Assembly: GCA_903878275.1 (NCBI GenBank)
Contig: CAIRHC010000006.1
Coordinates: 15,633 to 79,632, forward strand
DNA length: 64,000 nucleotides
Origin: Candidatus Vogelbacteria bacterium
Lineage (GTDB): Bacteria > Patescibacteriota > Minisyncoccia > Phycocordibacterales > XYD1-FULL-46-19
Direction of reading: 5' to 3'
The position numbers and the translations under genes are program-made. The notes under the pieces were generated by a model. That model was not told the origin of the DNA. It did not search any database and was given only the letters and a program-made list of their open reading frames with translations. Shown here in pieces: positions 34,143-43,851 of the stretch (position 1 is the first letter of the stretch; every line of letters starts with the position of its first letter).

Positions 34143-34715
34143 ATGAAAGATGAAAACCTACAAAATGAGGAAGAGGATATTTTTTTTGAAGAGAATACCG
34201 AAGATCGAGCGCCAGAAGGGGCGGATTTGGTAGATAAATTCAAGAAACTTAAAACCGAACTAAAGTCTTGCCAAGCTGAAAAATCCGAATACCTCGCTGG
34301 CTGGCAACGTGCCAAAGCCGACTATTTGAATCTCAAAAAAGAGCACGAAGGCAACAGGCACGAGATTGGCAAATGGGCAAAAGAAGGAGTATTATCAGAT
34401 TTATTCACCATCGCCGATAGTTTCGAAATGGCCTTTGGCAACAAAGAAGCCTGGGAGCAAGCGCCCGAAAACTGGCGCAAAGGTATTGAGTACATTTATA
34501 ACCAACTGCAAACCATCTTTCGTGATCATGGGGTTGAAGAGATCAATCCAAAAGTTGGAGAAAAATTTAATCACGCCGAGCAAGAGCCGGTCGGCACAGT
34601 TGAAACAGAAAACGAAAATGAGGATGATGAAATTGTTGAAGTGATTAAAAAAGGTTATAAATTACACGGGAAAATTGCTCGCCCAGCGAGTGTGAAAGTT
34701 AAAAATTATAAATAA
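34143..34715 (+). CDS. grpE: nucleotide exchange factor GrpE
   Basis: Acidic N-terminus and coiled coil. ...DSFEMAFGN... and the C-terminal beta domain EVIKKGYKLHGKIARPASVKV. Confidence 0.85.
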   Translation: MKDENLQNEEEDIFFEENTEDRAPEGADLVDKFKKLKTELKSCQAEKSEYLAGWQRAKADYLNLKKEHEGNRHEIGKWAKEGVLSDLFTIADSFEMAFGNKEAWEQAPENWRKGIEYIYNQLQTIFRDHGVEEINPKVGEKFNHAEQEPVGTVETENENEDDEIVEVIKKGYKLHGKIARPASVKVKNYK

Positions 34716-34723
34716 AAAATATT

Positions 34724-35107
34724 ATGAAGAAAATTTTAATCGGTATAATAATTGTAATTCTCGTAGCAGTAGCCGGAGTAGGTTATCTAATTTGGAAAAG
34801 TGGAGACGCCTGTTCTGACCCTAACACAAAAATTTATGTAGAAAAACAATATATAGATCTGTCACGCGCAGAAATAGATAAAAATTGGATCGCGAGCATT
34901 ACTGGCTGTAGACAAACGCGAGAGATTAAAATTAATAATGTGTTTAAGAAAGTTTCAAGAAACGAATTCGACAAATTCCTTAAAAATTACAATGACCAAT
35001 GTAACAATTGTCTTGTTTCAATTGATCGTTGGGGACCAGGAATAGAGACTTATAAGGATTATGTGACAGGAAAAGTAATAAAAGGCACTTTCCCTGTTAC
35101 AAACTAA
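34724..35107 (+). CDS. small secreted/membrane-anchored hypothetical protein
   Basis: N-terminal TM (ILIGIIIVILVAVAGVGYLIW) and 4 Cys. Confidence 0.4.
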   Translation: MKKILIGIIIVILVAVAGVGYLIWKSGDACSDPNTKIYVEKQYIDLSRAEIDKNWIASITGCRQTREIKINNVFKKVSRNEFDKFLKNYNDQCNNCLVSIDRWGPGIETYKDYVTGKVIKGTFPVTN

Positions 35108-35176
35108 AAATAAATTATCAGATAATTAAATTAAGGCTAAAACATCCATCGGGATGTTCGCCCAAGTAAAAACATT

Positions 35177-37087
35177 ATGGCAAAAATTTTAGGAATTGAT
35201 TTAGGTACAACAAATTCGGCTATGGCCGTGATTGAAGGCGGTTCTCCACGAATCGTCGAAAACATTGAGGGTGCGCGCACCACTCCGTCCATCGTGGCGA
35301 TTTCTAAAGCTGGTGAAAGACTTGTCGGCCAGCTCGCCAAGCGCCAAGCGATCACCAATCCGAAAAATACTATTTTCGGGGTGAAGCGCTTGATGGGTCA
35401 CAAATTTAGTGATCCAAATATCCAAAAAGATAAAGGTTTGGTTTCGTTTACGATGGAGCAATCAACCGACGGCGGTGTCCAAGTCAAACTTGGCGACAAA
35501 ATGTCCCGCCCCGAAGAAGTTTCAGCGATGATTTTATCAAAATTAAAACACGACGCCGAAGCCAAGCTTGGTGAGAAGATTGAAGAGGCGGTCATTACGG
35601 TGCCAGCTTATTTTGACGACTCACAACGCAAAGCGACTAAAGATGCTGGCGAAATTGCCGGCTTTAAAGTCCGTCGTATTATCAACGAGCCGACAGCCGC
35701 CGCTCTCGCTTATGGTCTTGATAAAAAGAAGGATGAAAAGGTTGTCGTTTACGATTTTGGTGGCGGAACTTTCGACGTCTCGGTCCTCGAAATTATCGGC
35801 GGTGACGAAGAGCAAAGCATTTCGGTCAAATCCACCGACGGCGATTCGCATATGGGTGGCGAAGACATTGATCAAAAAATTATCAAATGGATTGGCGAAG
35901 AATTTAAAAAACAATCCGGTCTTGATATCACCAAAGATGAGCTGGCTCTTCAGCGCTTAAAAGAAGCCGCCGAAAAAGCCAAACACGAACTTTCCACGAT
36001 GAACCAAACGGAAATAAATATTCCATTCATCACTTCCGATGCTTCTGGTCCGGTTCACCTCAATATGTCGATGACTCGCGCGGCACTAGAAGATTTAGCT
36101 CGCGAATTTATCGACCAGTCAATCGAAATTACCAAACGCGCTATGACTGCCTCCGGTTTTGCGATGAGCGACATTAACGAAATTATTATGGTTGGCGGTC
36201 AGACCCGCATGCCAGCGATCCACGAAGCCGTAAAAAATCTTTTTGGCAAAGAGCCAAATCACACTATCAACCCAGACGAAGTCGTCGCTATCGGTGCCGC
36301 GATCCAAGGAGGAATTTTTGCTGGTGATGTGAAAGATGTGCTCTTGCTCGATGTTACTCCGCTCTCACTTGGTATTGAGACGATGGGCGGTGTCGCGACC
36401 AAAATTATTGAGCGCAATACTACTATCCCAACTTCGCGTTCACAAGTTTTCTCAACAGCGGCTGACAATCAAACTTCGGTAGAAATTCATATTGTCCAAG
36501 GCGAACGCGAACTCGCGGCCGACAACAAAACTCTTGGCCGATTTATCTTAGACGGCATTCCACCATCTCCACGCGGTTTGCCACAAGTGGAAGTAACCTT
36601 TGACCTTGATGCCAATGGTATCTTGTCAGTGAAGGCGAAAGATAAGGCAACAAATAAAGAGCAATCTGTCCGCATTGAAGCCAAAACCAGTCTCTCCAAA
36701 GAAGATATTGAAAGAATGAAAAAAGATGCCGAGCTTCATGCCGATGAAGATAAGAAAAAACGCGAGGTGATTGATACCAAAAATATGGCTGATCAACTTA
36801 TTTACACGGCTGAAAAAAGTTTGAAAGACGCAGAGGGTAAAATTCCTGAAGATATTAAAAGGGGTGTGGAAGATAAGGTGACAGCCTTGAAAGGTGTCAA
36901 AGATGGCGAAAATATTGAAGAAATTAAAAAAGCCACCGAAGGACTATCATCTGAAATGCAAAAAATTGGCGAAGCGATGGCAAAAAATGCTAATCCCGCT
37001 GAAGGACCCGCTTCCGCCGAAGGCTCCAGCGAGGCGAAGCCAGAAGACAATCAAGAAGGCAACGTCCGCGACGCAGAAACTAAATAA
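35177..37087 (+). CDS. dnaK: molecular chaperone DnaK (Hsp70)
   Basis: [42 protein letters not shown] are Hsp70 signatures. Confidence 0.95.
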   Translation: MAKILGIDLGTTNSAMAVIEGGSPRIVENIEGARTTPSIVAISKAGERLVGQLAKRQAITNPKNTIFGVKRLMGHKFSDPNIQKDKGLVSFTMEQSTDGGVQVKLGDKMSRPEEVSAMILSKLKHDAEAKLGEKIEEAVITVPAYFDDSQRKATKDAGEIAGFKVRRIINEPTAAALAYGLDKKKDEKVVVYDFGGGTFDVSVLEIIGGDEEQSISVKSTDGDSHMGGEDIDQKIIKWIGEEFKKQSGLDITKDELALQRLKEAAEKAKHELSTMNQTEINIPFITSDASGPVHLNMSMTRAALEDLAREFIDQSIEITKRAMTASGFAMSDINEIIMVGGQTRMPAIHEAVKNLFGKEPNHTINPDEVVAIGAAIQGGIFAGDVKDVLLLDVTPLSLGIETMGGVATKIIERNTTIPTSRSQVFSTAADNQTSVEIHIVQGERELAADNKTLGRFILDGIPPSPRGLPQVEVTFDLDANGILSVKAKDKATNKEQSVRIEAKTSLSKEDIERMKKDAELHADEDKKKREVIDTKNMADQLIYTAEKSLKDAEGKIPEDIKRGVEDKVTALKGVKDGENIEEIKKATEGLSSEMQKIGEAMAKNANPAEGPASAEGSSEAKPEDNQEGNVRDAETK

Positions 37088-37191
37088 AACAACCTTTTAT
37101 CGAAGTTCGACTTCGATAGAACTTGAAAAATTGTGGATAAAACAAAAGCCCGCCTCACAGAGACGAGCTCCGTTCGGCGGGCAGAAAAATT

Positions 37192-37452
37192 CTATCCTAA
37201 CGTGAATTTACTACCACCTTTAACTTCCTTGGTGGCGACAACACGGAGATTGGCTATGTCTGCCATAATCATCGCAATTTCGGTCAAATTTTTTGAGTCA
37301 AAGATTGGTATTTTGTCGTCGCCACCAGACCAACGGATACGACCGTCCACACCTACTTCACAAGATCGTTGTACGCTAATCAAGCAGTTTTCGATGTCAA
37401 CAAAAATTACATCGCCAGGCATCAAGGCCGTGGGTTTTTCGTTAAAAAACAT
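37192..37452 (-). CDS. small hypothetical protein (86 aa) encoded antisense in the dnaK-dnaJ spacer
   Basis: AAGGAGA SD 8 nt upstream of the ATG on the minus strand (MFFNEKPTALMPGDVIFVDIEN...). It overlaps the listed + ORF 37133-37600, which lacks an SD. Confidence 0.4.
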   Translation of the reverse strand: MFFNEKPTALMPGDVIFVDIENCLISVQRSCEVGVDGRIRWSGGDDKIPIFDSKNLTEIAMIMADIANLRVVATKEVKGGSKFTLG

Positions 37453-37618
37453 GAGCAATTCTCCTTATCTCAAAAGGTGGTCAACAACATTTGGCACAAT
37501 GCCAGCCGTCAATTTTTCCACTCCTAACTACCTAGCATCAGTGTTGCATATCAATTTTTATTTGTCAATCCCTAATCTTGCCCGAAAAAGCCTTATGTAG
37601 TATAGTTTAATCACTTAT

Positions 37619-38704
37619 ATGGCAAAAGACTATTACAAAACCCTGGGCGTAGATAAGAAAGCTCCAAAAGAGGAGCTGAAGAAGGCTTTTCATAAACTCG
37701 CTCACAAATATCACCCCGACAAACAAGGCGGTGACGAAGCCAAGTTTAAGGAAATCAACGAGGCCTATCAGATTCTCTCCGATGATAACAAGCGCGCGCA
37801 ATACGACCAATTCGGCGAAGCTGGAGCGAATGGTGGCTTTGGTGGGGGTCAAGGCGGACAAGGCTTTGGTGGTTTTGATTTTTCTGGTTTCCAAAATGCC
37901 GGCAATGGTGGCTTTGAATTTGACCTCGGAGACATTTTTGGCGAAATGTTTGGTGGTGGCGGTCGTGGTCGTCGTACTCAAAAAAGCGGTCAGGATATTC
38001 AAGTTGACCTGCAAATAAGTTTCAAAGAATCGATCTTTGGTACCGAGAAAAAAATTAAATTAAATAAGCAAAGTGCGTGCGAAGTCTGTGGAGGTAGTGG
38101 CGCTGAAAAAGGCACGAGCAAAAAGAAATGCACCACTTGCAATGGTCAAGGTTTTACGAATGAAACTCGTCGCTCGATTCTTGGCTCTTTTCAAACCCAA
38201 AAAGAATGTACGGCTTGTTTTGGCACCGGTGAAATTCCCGAAAAAAAATGTGCCAATTGTCGCGGTGATGGCATTGTGAAAAAAGAAGAACAAATCGCAA
38301 TCAATGTACCAGCTGGCATTACCGAAAAAGAAATGTTGCGCATGACCGGCAATGGTGAAGCGATTCCGCACGGTCAAGCTGGCGATTTGTATATTAAATT
38401 TCGCATCGAAAAAGATAAAAATTGGCTTCGCGATGGCGATAATCTGACCACGACCGTCAATATTAAGTTGACTGACGCACTTTTAGGTCTCGATTACAAT
38501 TTAGAAACTTTAGACGGTCCGCTGGTTTTAAAAATTCCCGAGGGAATTAGTTATGGCGAAATTTTACGAATAAAAAACAAAGGTGTGCCGAGCAAATCTG
38601 GTCGCCGAGGTGATGCCTTAATAAAAGTGACATTTGCCACCCCAAACCGTCTTTCCCGAAAAACCAGACAACTTATCGAAGATTTGCGAAACGAGGGAAT
38701 TTAG
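37619..38704 (+). CDS. dnaJ: molecular chaperone DnaJ
   Basis: J-domain with HPD (KYHPDKQ), G/F-rich linker, four CxxCxGxG repeats. Confidence 0.9.
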   Translation: MAKDYYKTLGVDKKAPKEELKKAFHKLAHKYHPDKQGGDEAKFKEINEAYQILSDDNKRAQYDQFGEAGANGGFGGGQGGQGFGGFDFSGFQNAGNGGFEFDLGDIFGEMFGGGGRGRRTQKSGQDIQVDLQISFKESIFGTEKKIKLNKQSACEVCGGSGAEKGTSKKKCTTCNGQGFTNETRRSILGSFQTQKECTACFGTGEIPEKKCANCRGDGIVKKEEQIAINVPAGITEKEMLRMTGNGEAIPHGQAGDLYIKFRIEKDKNWLRDGDNLTTTVNIKLTDALLGLDYNLETLDGPLVLKIPEGISYGEILRIKNKGVPSKSGRRGDALIKVTFATPNRLSRKTRQLIEDLRNEGI

Positions 38705-38732
38705 TGATATATTGAAAATAATAAATAAACTT

Positions 38733-39074
38733 ATGTCTAACAGGGTGCCAAAATTTTTGCCCGAGGATTTTGAGTTGTTGCTCCAAAAAATTGCCGAGCT
38801 CGAGACAAGGCTTATTGATTGCGGTCAAGAATTAGGCGAATCGACAGAGCAAAGCTCGGAAACTTGGCACGATAATGCGACTTATGACACGGCTCGTATG
38901 CAATTTGATATTATTGCCGAAGAACTTCAAAAATTAATTGAAACTAGAAATAGCGCCCAGATTATCACCCCACCATTTTTTAATGAAGAAATAGGTATCG
39001 GTAACGTTGTCTTGTTAAAAAATACTAAAACAGGAGAAAAACACCTATTAAAAATAACCGGGAATACAGTGTAA
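38733..39074 (+). CDS. greA: GreA/GreB-family transcription elongation factor, short form (113 aa)
   Basis: ...SETWHDNATYDTARMQFDIIAEELQKLIETRNSAQII matches the Gre N-terminal coiled-coil motif (ENAEY..AR....RI..L...L.NAQVI). The C-terminal FKBP-like part is truncated. Start at the internal ATG of ORF 38634. Confidence 0.55.
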   Translation: MSNRVPKFLPEDFELLLQKIAELETRLIDCGQELGESTEQSSETWHDNATYDTARMQFDIIAEELQKLIETRNSAQIITPPFFNEEIGIGNVVLLKNTKTGEKHLLKITGNTV

Positions 39075-39173
39075 AAAAACTTTACCGTGCTTTACCGAAG
39101 TTCGACTTCGATAAAGCTGGAATTAACCCAGAAAGACTTTGAAATACCTATGATTTTATGATAGATTTTAAGA

Positions 39174-40310
39174 ATGGAATTTCCGGTCAATAAACGAGCA
39201 AAGGTGATGCATTTTTTGTATCTCAATTTTTTAAAACCCATTCTTTTTCTTTTTGATCCAGAAGATATTCACGATCTCTTTACTGGTGTCGGGTCTTTTT
39301 TAGGACGATACGCTTTAACCAAAAATATTACAGCTTGGTTTTTTTCTTACCAGAACCCTGGGCTCGAACAAGAAATCCTCGGTATTAAGTTTAAAAACCC
39401 AATCGGTCTCGCGGCTGGTTTTGATAAAAATGGCTTAATGACTGATGTTTTACCCGCGGTCGGTTTTGGTTTCGCGGAAATTGGCTCGGTGACGGGCAAA
39501 CCTTGTACTGGTAACACCAAACCTCGGCTATGGCGTTTGCCGAATTCAAAAAGTTTAATTGTTTATTATGGTTTGAAAAATGACGGGGCAGAAAAAATTT
39601 CTCAAAGATTATCAGGTAAAAATTTTAATATTCCGATCGGTATCAGCCTCGCCAAAACCAATGACGAAAAAACCGTTACCACCGAAGCTGGTATTGCTGA
39701 TTATCTTTTTGCTTATGAAAAAATGCGAGAAGAGGAACTTGGTGATTACTACACAATAAATATCAGTTGCCCAAATGCTTTTGGTGGACAGCCATTTAAC
39801 GACCCAGCTCGTCTAGAATTATTATTAAAAAAATTCGCCGAAACCAAATTTACTAAACCAATTTTTCTAAAAATGCCTCCGGATTTGACCGAAACCGAAG
39901 TAGATCAAATTATCTCACTCGCCCGAACTTACAAAATAAGCGGTTTTATTTGTACGAACCTGACCAAAGATCGAGGCAATGAAGTTTTGAAAAATAAAAT
40001 CAAAGATATTCTGCCGACCGACAAGGGCGGTTTTAGCGGTAAGGTTGTTGCTGACTTAGCCAATAATCAAATCAAATACATTTATCAAAAAACCAAAAGT
40101 GAGTTTGTGATTATTGGTTGCGGTGGAGTTTTTAACGCCGAAGATGCTTATCAGAAAATCCGCCTTGGGGCTTCGCTAATTCAAATGATTACCGGAATGA
40201 TTTTTGAAGGACCGCAAGTGGTGAGTGAAATCAACCAAGGTTTGGCTTTCTTAATTCAAAAAGATGGTTTTAAAAATATTAGCGAAGCTGTCGGTGTCGA
40301 TAATAAATAA
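39174..40310 (+). CDS. pyrD: dihydroorotate dehydrogenase (quinone-type, class 2)
   Basis: GLAAGFDKNG, GFGFAEIGSVTGKPCTGNTKPRLWRL, GCGGV... are class-2 DHODH motifs. Confidence 0.8.
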   Translation: MEFPVNKRAKVMHFLYLNFLKPILFLFDPEDIHDLFTGVGSFLGRYALTKNITAWFFSYQNPGLEQEILGIKFKNPIGLAAGFDKNGLMTDVLPAVGFGFAEIGSVTGKPCTGNTKPRLWRLPNSKSLIVYYGLKNDGAEKISQRLSGKNFNIPIGISLAKTNDEKTVTTEAGIADYLFAYEKMREEELGDYYTINISCPNAFGGQPFNDPARLELLLKKFAETKFTKPIFLKMPPDLTETEVDQIISLARTYKISGFICTNLTKDRGNEVLKNKIKDILPTDKGGFSGKVVADLANNQIKYIYQKTKSEFVIIGCGGVFNAEDAYQKIRLGASLIQMITGMIFEGPQVVSEINQGLAFLIQKDGFKNISEAVGVDNK

Positions 40311-40318
40311 TAAATTTT

Positions 40319-42748
40319 ATGAATATGAACGATAAATATGATTTTAAAAATTCTGAACCAAACTGGCAAAAGTTTTGGGCGGAAAATAATGTCTACGGTT
40401 TCAATCCTGATTCCGACAAACCACTTTATACCATAGATACTCCGCCACCGACCGTTTCCGGCGCGATTCATCTTGGTCATATTTATTCATACACCCAAGC
40501 CGAGGTCATCGCTCGTTATCGTCGATTTCGTGGTTTTAATGTCCGCTATCCGTTTGGAATGGACAACAATGGCTTACCGACCGAACGTCTGGTTGAAAAA
40601 GAATTAAATATTAAAGGTAAAGACTCGAGCTTGAAAGATTTTACCGAAAAATGTTTAGCGACAACCGAAAAATACAAAATTGTTTACGAAGAATTGTGGC
40701 AATCGCTTGGTCTGTCGGTCGATTGGCGTTTGGAATATTCGACAATTTCCGAACCAGTCCAACTGTTAGTGCAGAAAGTTTTTAAAGATTTTTATGATCG
40801 CGGTTTGATTACGAGACAAGAAGCACCCGCCTTGTTTTGTTTTGAATGTGGCACATCAGTCGCCCAAGCCGAAGTGGAAGAAGATGAAAAAGAATCGGTT
40901 TTTTATGATTTAGCTTTTACCGACAAAGATGGGAAAACTTTAACCATCGCCACGACTAGACCAGAATTATTACCGGCCTGCTTAGCAATTTTTGTTCACC
41001 CGAATGATCTACGTTTCCGCGAATTAGTCGGCACAAATGCTACCACACCGATTGGCGATGTTGTACCAATTTTAACCGACGACAAAGTCGATATGGAAAA
41101 AGGTAGTGGGGCAGTGATGTGTTGCTCTTATGGTGACGAGACCGATGTGTATTGGGTTCGCGAGCACAAATTAAAAGAAAAATTGATTGTCGATAGAAAT
41201 GGTAAATTTAAAAAATTAGATAACGCACCAGATTTGCTGGGTTTAAATTTCGTTGATGGTCGCGCCAAGATTATTGAAAAACTAGAAACTGCCGGTAAAA
41301 TTTTAGCTAGTAAAAAAATCTCACACAATCTTGGCGTTCACGAACGCTGTGGCACACCGATTGAATATTTCACGACCGTCCAATGGTTTGTTAAAACTTT
41401 GCCGATTAAAAATGAAATTTTAGAGCAAGGTCAGAAAATAAATTGGTATCCGGCTTTTATGTACAAACGCTTTGAAGATTGGACGCTTGGTCTAAAATGG
41501 GATTGGTGCATTTCGCGCGAAAGGTTTTATGGTATTCCACTTCCAGCTTACACTTGCGACGACTGCGGTAAAATTTTTGTACCGGAAATTAAAGATAAAC
41601 CGATTGATCCACGACTTGAATCAATAGGGGATTTGACCTGCTCTTGTGGTAGCAAAAAACTTTCAGCTGACGGTAATGTGCTCGACACTTGGTTTACCTC
41701 GTCTTTAACCCCCGATATAAATAATGAATCCGATCTCAACGGAGCAATGAAAGGTAAGATGTTCCCATTATCTATGCGCCCACAAGCCCACGACATTATT
41801 CGCACTTGGGCGTTTTATACCATCGTAATGGCGTATTATCGCCACAAGGAGGTGCCTTGGCACGATCTGATGGTCTCCGGGCATATTCTCGCCAAGCAAG
41901 GGGTAAAAATCAGCAAAAAGACTGGTGGGGGCAAATATCAACCTGCCGAGCTTATCGCTGAACATTCCGCTGATGCGGTGCGCTATGTAATGTGTGGCGC
42001 CAAGCTCGGTCAAGATGCTTATTATGATGAAGCCGAAGTCGAAAAAGGTAAGAAATTGATCACCAAAATTTTCAATGCCGGCAAATTTGTTTTCAGCCAT
42101 CTTGAGGAAAATAAATTTAACAAGGAAACAAAACCGGCTGAAATTTACCCAACCGATACTTGGATTTTAGCCAAAGCCGAAAACGCAATGTCCGAAATGA
42201 TGAAGAGTCTTGATCAATATGACTTGATTATCGCTCGCCAAAGATTTGAAGAATTTTTCTGGACTGATTTTTGTGATAATTATTTAGAGCTAGTCAAAGG
42301 ACGACTTTATGGTGACAAAGAAAAGTCTGGTCACTCTTCAGCACTTTATACTTTGTATCACACTTATCTAAAAATTTTGCAAATGTTGGCGCCGTTTATG
42401 CCTCACATTACGGAAGAAATGTATCAAGCTTATTTCGCCAAACAAGAAAAAATAACCAGCCTTCATCAAATGATTTGGCTCGCGGAAAACTCCAAAGAAA
42501 AAAATAAAAATGATTTAGCTTGTTGGGAAACAACTTTGTCGTATATTTACGCGATGCGTCAAGAAAAAAACAAACTAAACTTGAGGCTGGGGGATAGTGT
42601 CGCAAAAATCATCATTTCTGGACTGGAAGAAAATAACAAAAAACTAGCGCTGGCAGCTGAAGATTTAAAAAATATTGCCAAAGCTCAAAACATCGAGTTC
42701 AAAAACCAACCCGAGACAATTTCGGTGATAATTGAGAAACAAGATTAA
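40319..42748 (+). CDS. valS: class Ia aminoacyl-tRNA synthetase, most likely valyl-tRNA synthetase (short form)
   Basis: TPPPTVSGAIHLGH (ValRS-type PPPN-TG/HIGH), CP1 editing TTRPELLPACLAIFVHPND, WCISRERFYGIPLP, KISKKTGG (KMSKS-like), DAVRYVMCG. IleRS is not excluded. Confidence 0.6.
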   Translation: MNMNDKYDFKNSEPNWQKFWAENNVYGFNPDSDKPLYTIDTPPPTVSGAIHLGHIYSYTQAEVIARYRRFRGFNVRYPFGMDNNGLPTERLVEKELNIKGKDSSLKDFTEKCLATTEKYKIVYEELWQSLGLSVDWRLEYSTISEPVQLLVQKVFKDFYDRGLITRQEAPALFCFECGTSVAQAEVEEDEKESVFYDLAFTDKDGKTLTIATTRPELLPACLAIFVHPNDLRFRELVGTNATTPIGDVVPILTDDKVDMEKGSGAVMCCSYGDETDVYWVREHKLKEKLIVDRNGKFKKLDNAPDLLGLNFVDGRAKIIEKLETAGKILASKKISHNLGVHERCGTPIEYFTTVQWFVKTLPIKNEILEQGQKINWYPAFMYKRFEDWTLGLKWDWCISRERFYGIPLPAYTCDDCGKIFVPEIKDKPIDPRLESIGDLTCSCGSKKLSADGNVLDTWFTSSLTPDINNESDLNGAMKGKMFPLSMRPQAHDIIRTWAFYTIVMAYYRHKEVPWHDLMVSGHILAKQGVKISKKTGGGKYQPAELIAEHSADAVRYVMCGAKLGQDAYYDEAEVEKGKKLITKIFNAGKFVFSHLEENKFNKETKPAEIYPTDTWILAKAENAMSEMMKSLDQYDLIIARQRFEEFFWTDFCDNYLELVKGRLYGDKEKSGHSSALYTLYHTYLKILQMLAPFMPHITEEMYQAYFAKQEKITSLHQMIWLAENSKEKNKNDLACWETTLSYIYAMRQEKNKLNLRLGDSVAKIIISGLEENNKKLALAAEDLKNIAKAQNIEFKNQPETISVIIEKQD

Positions 42749-43779
42749 TTTTTTTTAGCGAGATCTAAAACCTCGGTCAGAACCTTAATTAATTGGTTGT
42801 AGTTTTTAGCGCTTGGTACAGTTATTCTGACATATTTTTTAAGCCAAAATGGAGCATCAGGATAACGAGACAGATCTTTTACCCAAACATCTCGACTTTT
42901 TAAGTTTTCGCAAAATTCGCTAGTGTTAAAAAATTTAGCGGTCACGAAGTTGGCGTTACCTGGCAAGACGCTAATATTCCGACTTTTAAAAAACTCTATT
43001 AGTTTTTTTCTGATTTTTGCGACTTCTTCGATATAAGAAATGAGGACCTTCCCGTCTTTGTTTAGTAAATTATCGACTATTGAAATTGAAGCTTTATTTA
43101 TGTTGTAAATATCACCACGCATTTCTATTATTTTTTTTGCTAATTTCTCGTTAGTTATGATTAACCCTAATTTTAAACCACTTAAACCAACCTTGGAGAA
43201 AGAACGTAACACAATGAGATTGTTGTATTTTTTAACCAGGCTAATGACACTATACTTCTCGGAAACATAATCAGCATAAACCTCATCGATAACCACCAAA
43301 ATATTTTTTTGCTTGGCGGCTTTGATAATAATTTCAAGTTCGTTTGTGGTCGCAACAGACCCTAAAGGATTATTAGGATTAGCTAAGTAGACTAACTTTG
43401 TTTTTGACCGAAACACCGTAATAATTTTAGCGACTGGCAAAATACAATTTTCGGCATAACGGATTTTCTTAAACAAAAATTTACGATATTTTTCAAATTT
43501 ACCATAAAAAGCAAAGTTCGGAACTGGTATGACAATTTCTTCGCCGTCGTGAACAAAAAAATTAAAAATAATATCTAAAGCATGATAAGTTCCATTAACT
43601 AATACTAGATTGTTTGGAGATACAGAAAAATTTTGCGCTACCGAATTTATCAGGTTAGTGGTGTCAAAATTTCGAGCATATTGGCAAAAATTATCTGAAT
43701 TTAACCATTTTTTATGGCTAAAAAGGTTTATTTGCCCCTCGTTTAAATCTAATCTTAACTCTTTGGTGTTTTTTTGCAT
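42745..43779 (-). CDS. class I/II PLP-dependent aminotransferase (histidinol-phosphate aminotransferase-like)
   Basis: NPNNPLGS..., VIDEVYADYV, SFSKVGLSGLKLG (PLP-Lys motif). Confidence 0.75.
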   Translation of the reverse strand: MQKNTKELRLDLNEGQINLFSHKKWLNSDNFCQYARNFDTTNLINSVAQNFSVSPNNLVLVNGTYHALDIIFNFFVHDGEEIVIPVPNFAFYGKFEKYRKFLFKKIRYAENCILPVAKIITVFRSKTKLVYLANPNNPLGSVATTNELEIIIKAAKQKNILVVIDEVYADYVSEKYSVISLVKKYNNLIVLRSFSKVGLSGLKLGLIITNEKLAKKIIEMRGDIYNINKASISIVDNLLNKDGKVLISYIEEVAKIRKKLIEFFKSRNISVLPGNANFVTAKFFNTSEFCENLKSRDVWVKDLSRYPDAPFWLKKYVRITVPSAKNYNQLIKVLTEVLDLAKKN

Positions 43780-43815
43780 CGTGTTATTATATCACTAGTA
43801 AAAGGCAACTGTCTA

Positions 43816-43844
43816 TTGCGTTATTCTGTATTATATGGTATAAT
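43816..43844 (+). promoter_or_regulatory. sigma70-like promoter (TTGCGT-17-TATAAT) giving a near-leaderless transcript
   Basis: TATAAT at 43839-43844; the first plausible start codon, GTG 43852, is 7 nt downstream. Confidence 0.4.
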
Positions 43845-43851
43845 CAAAAAC

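Noticed and set aside
37133-37600. 155-aa + strand ORF in the dnaK-dnaJ gap.
   Set aside because: No SD and low-complexity Ser/Thr/Pro content. It overlaps the minus-strand 86-aa ORF, which has a strong SD, so the latter is preferred.
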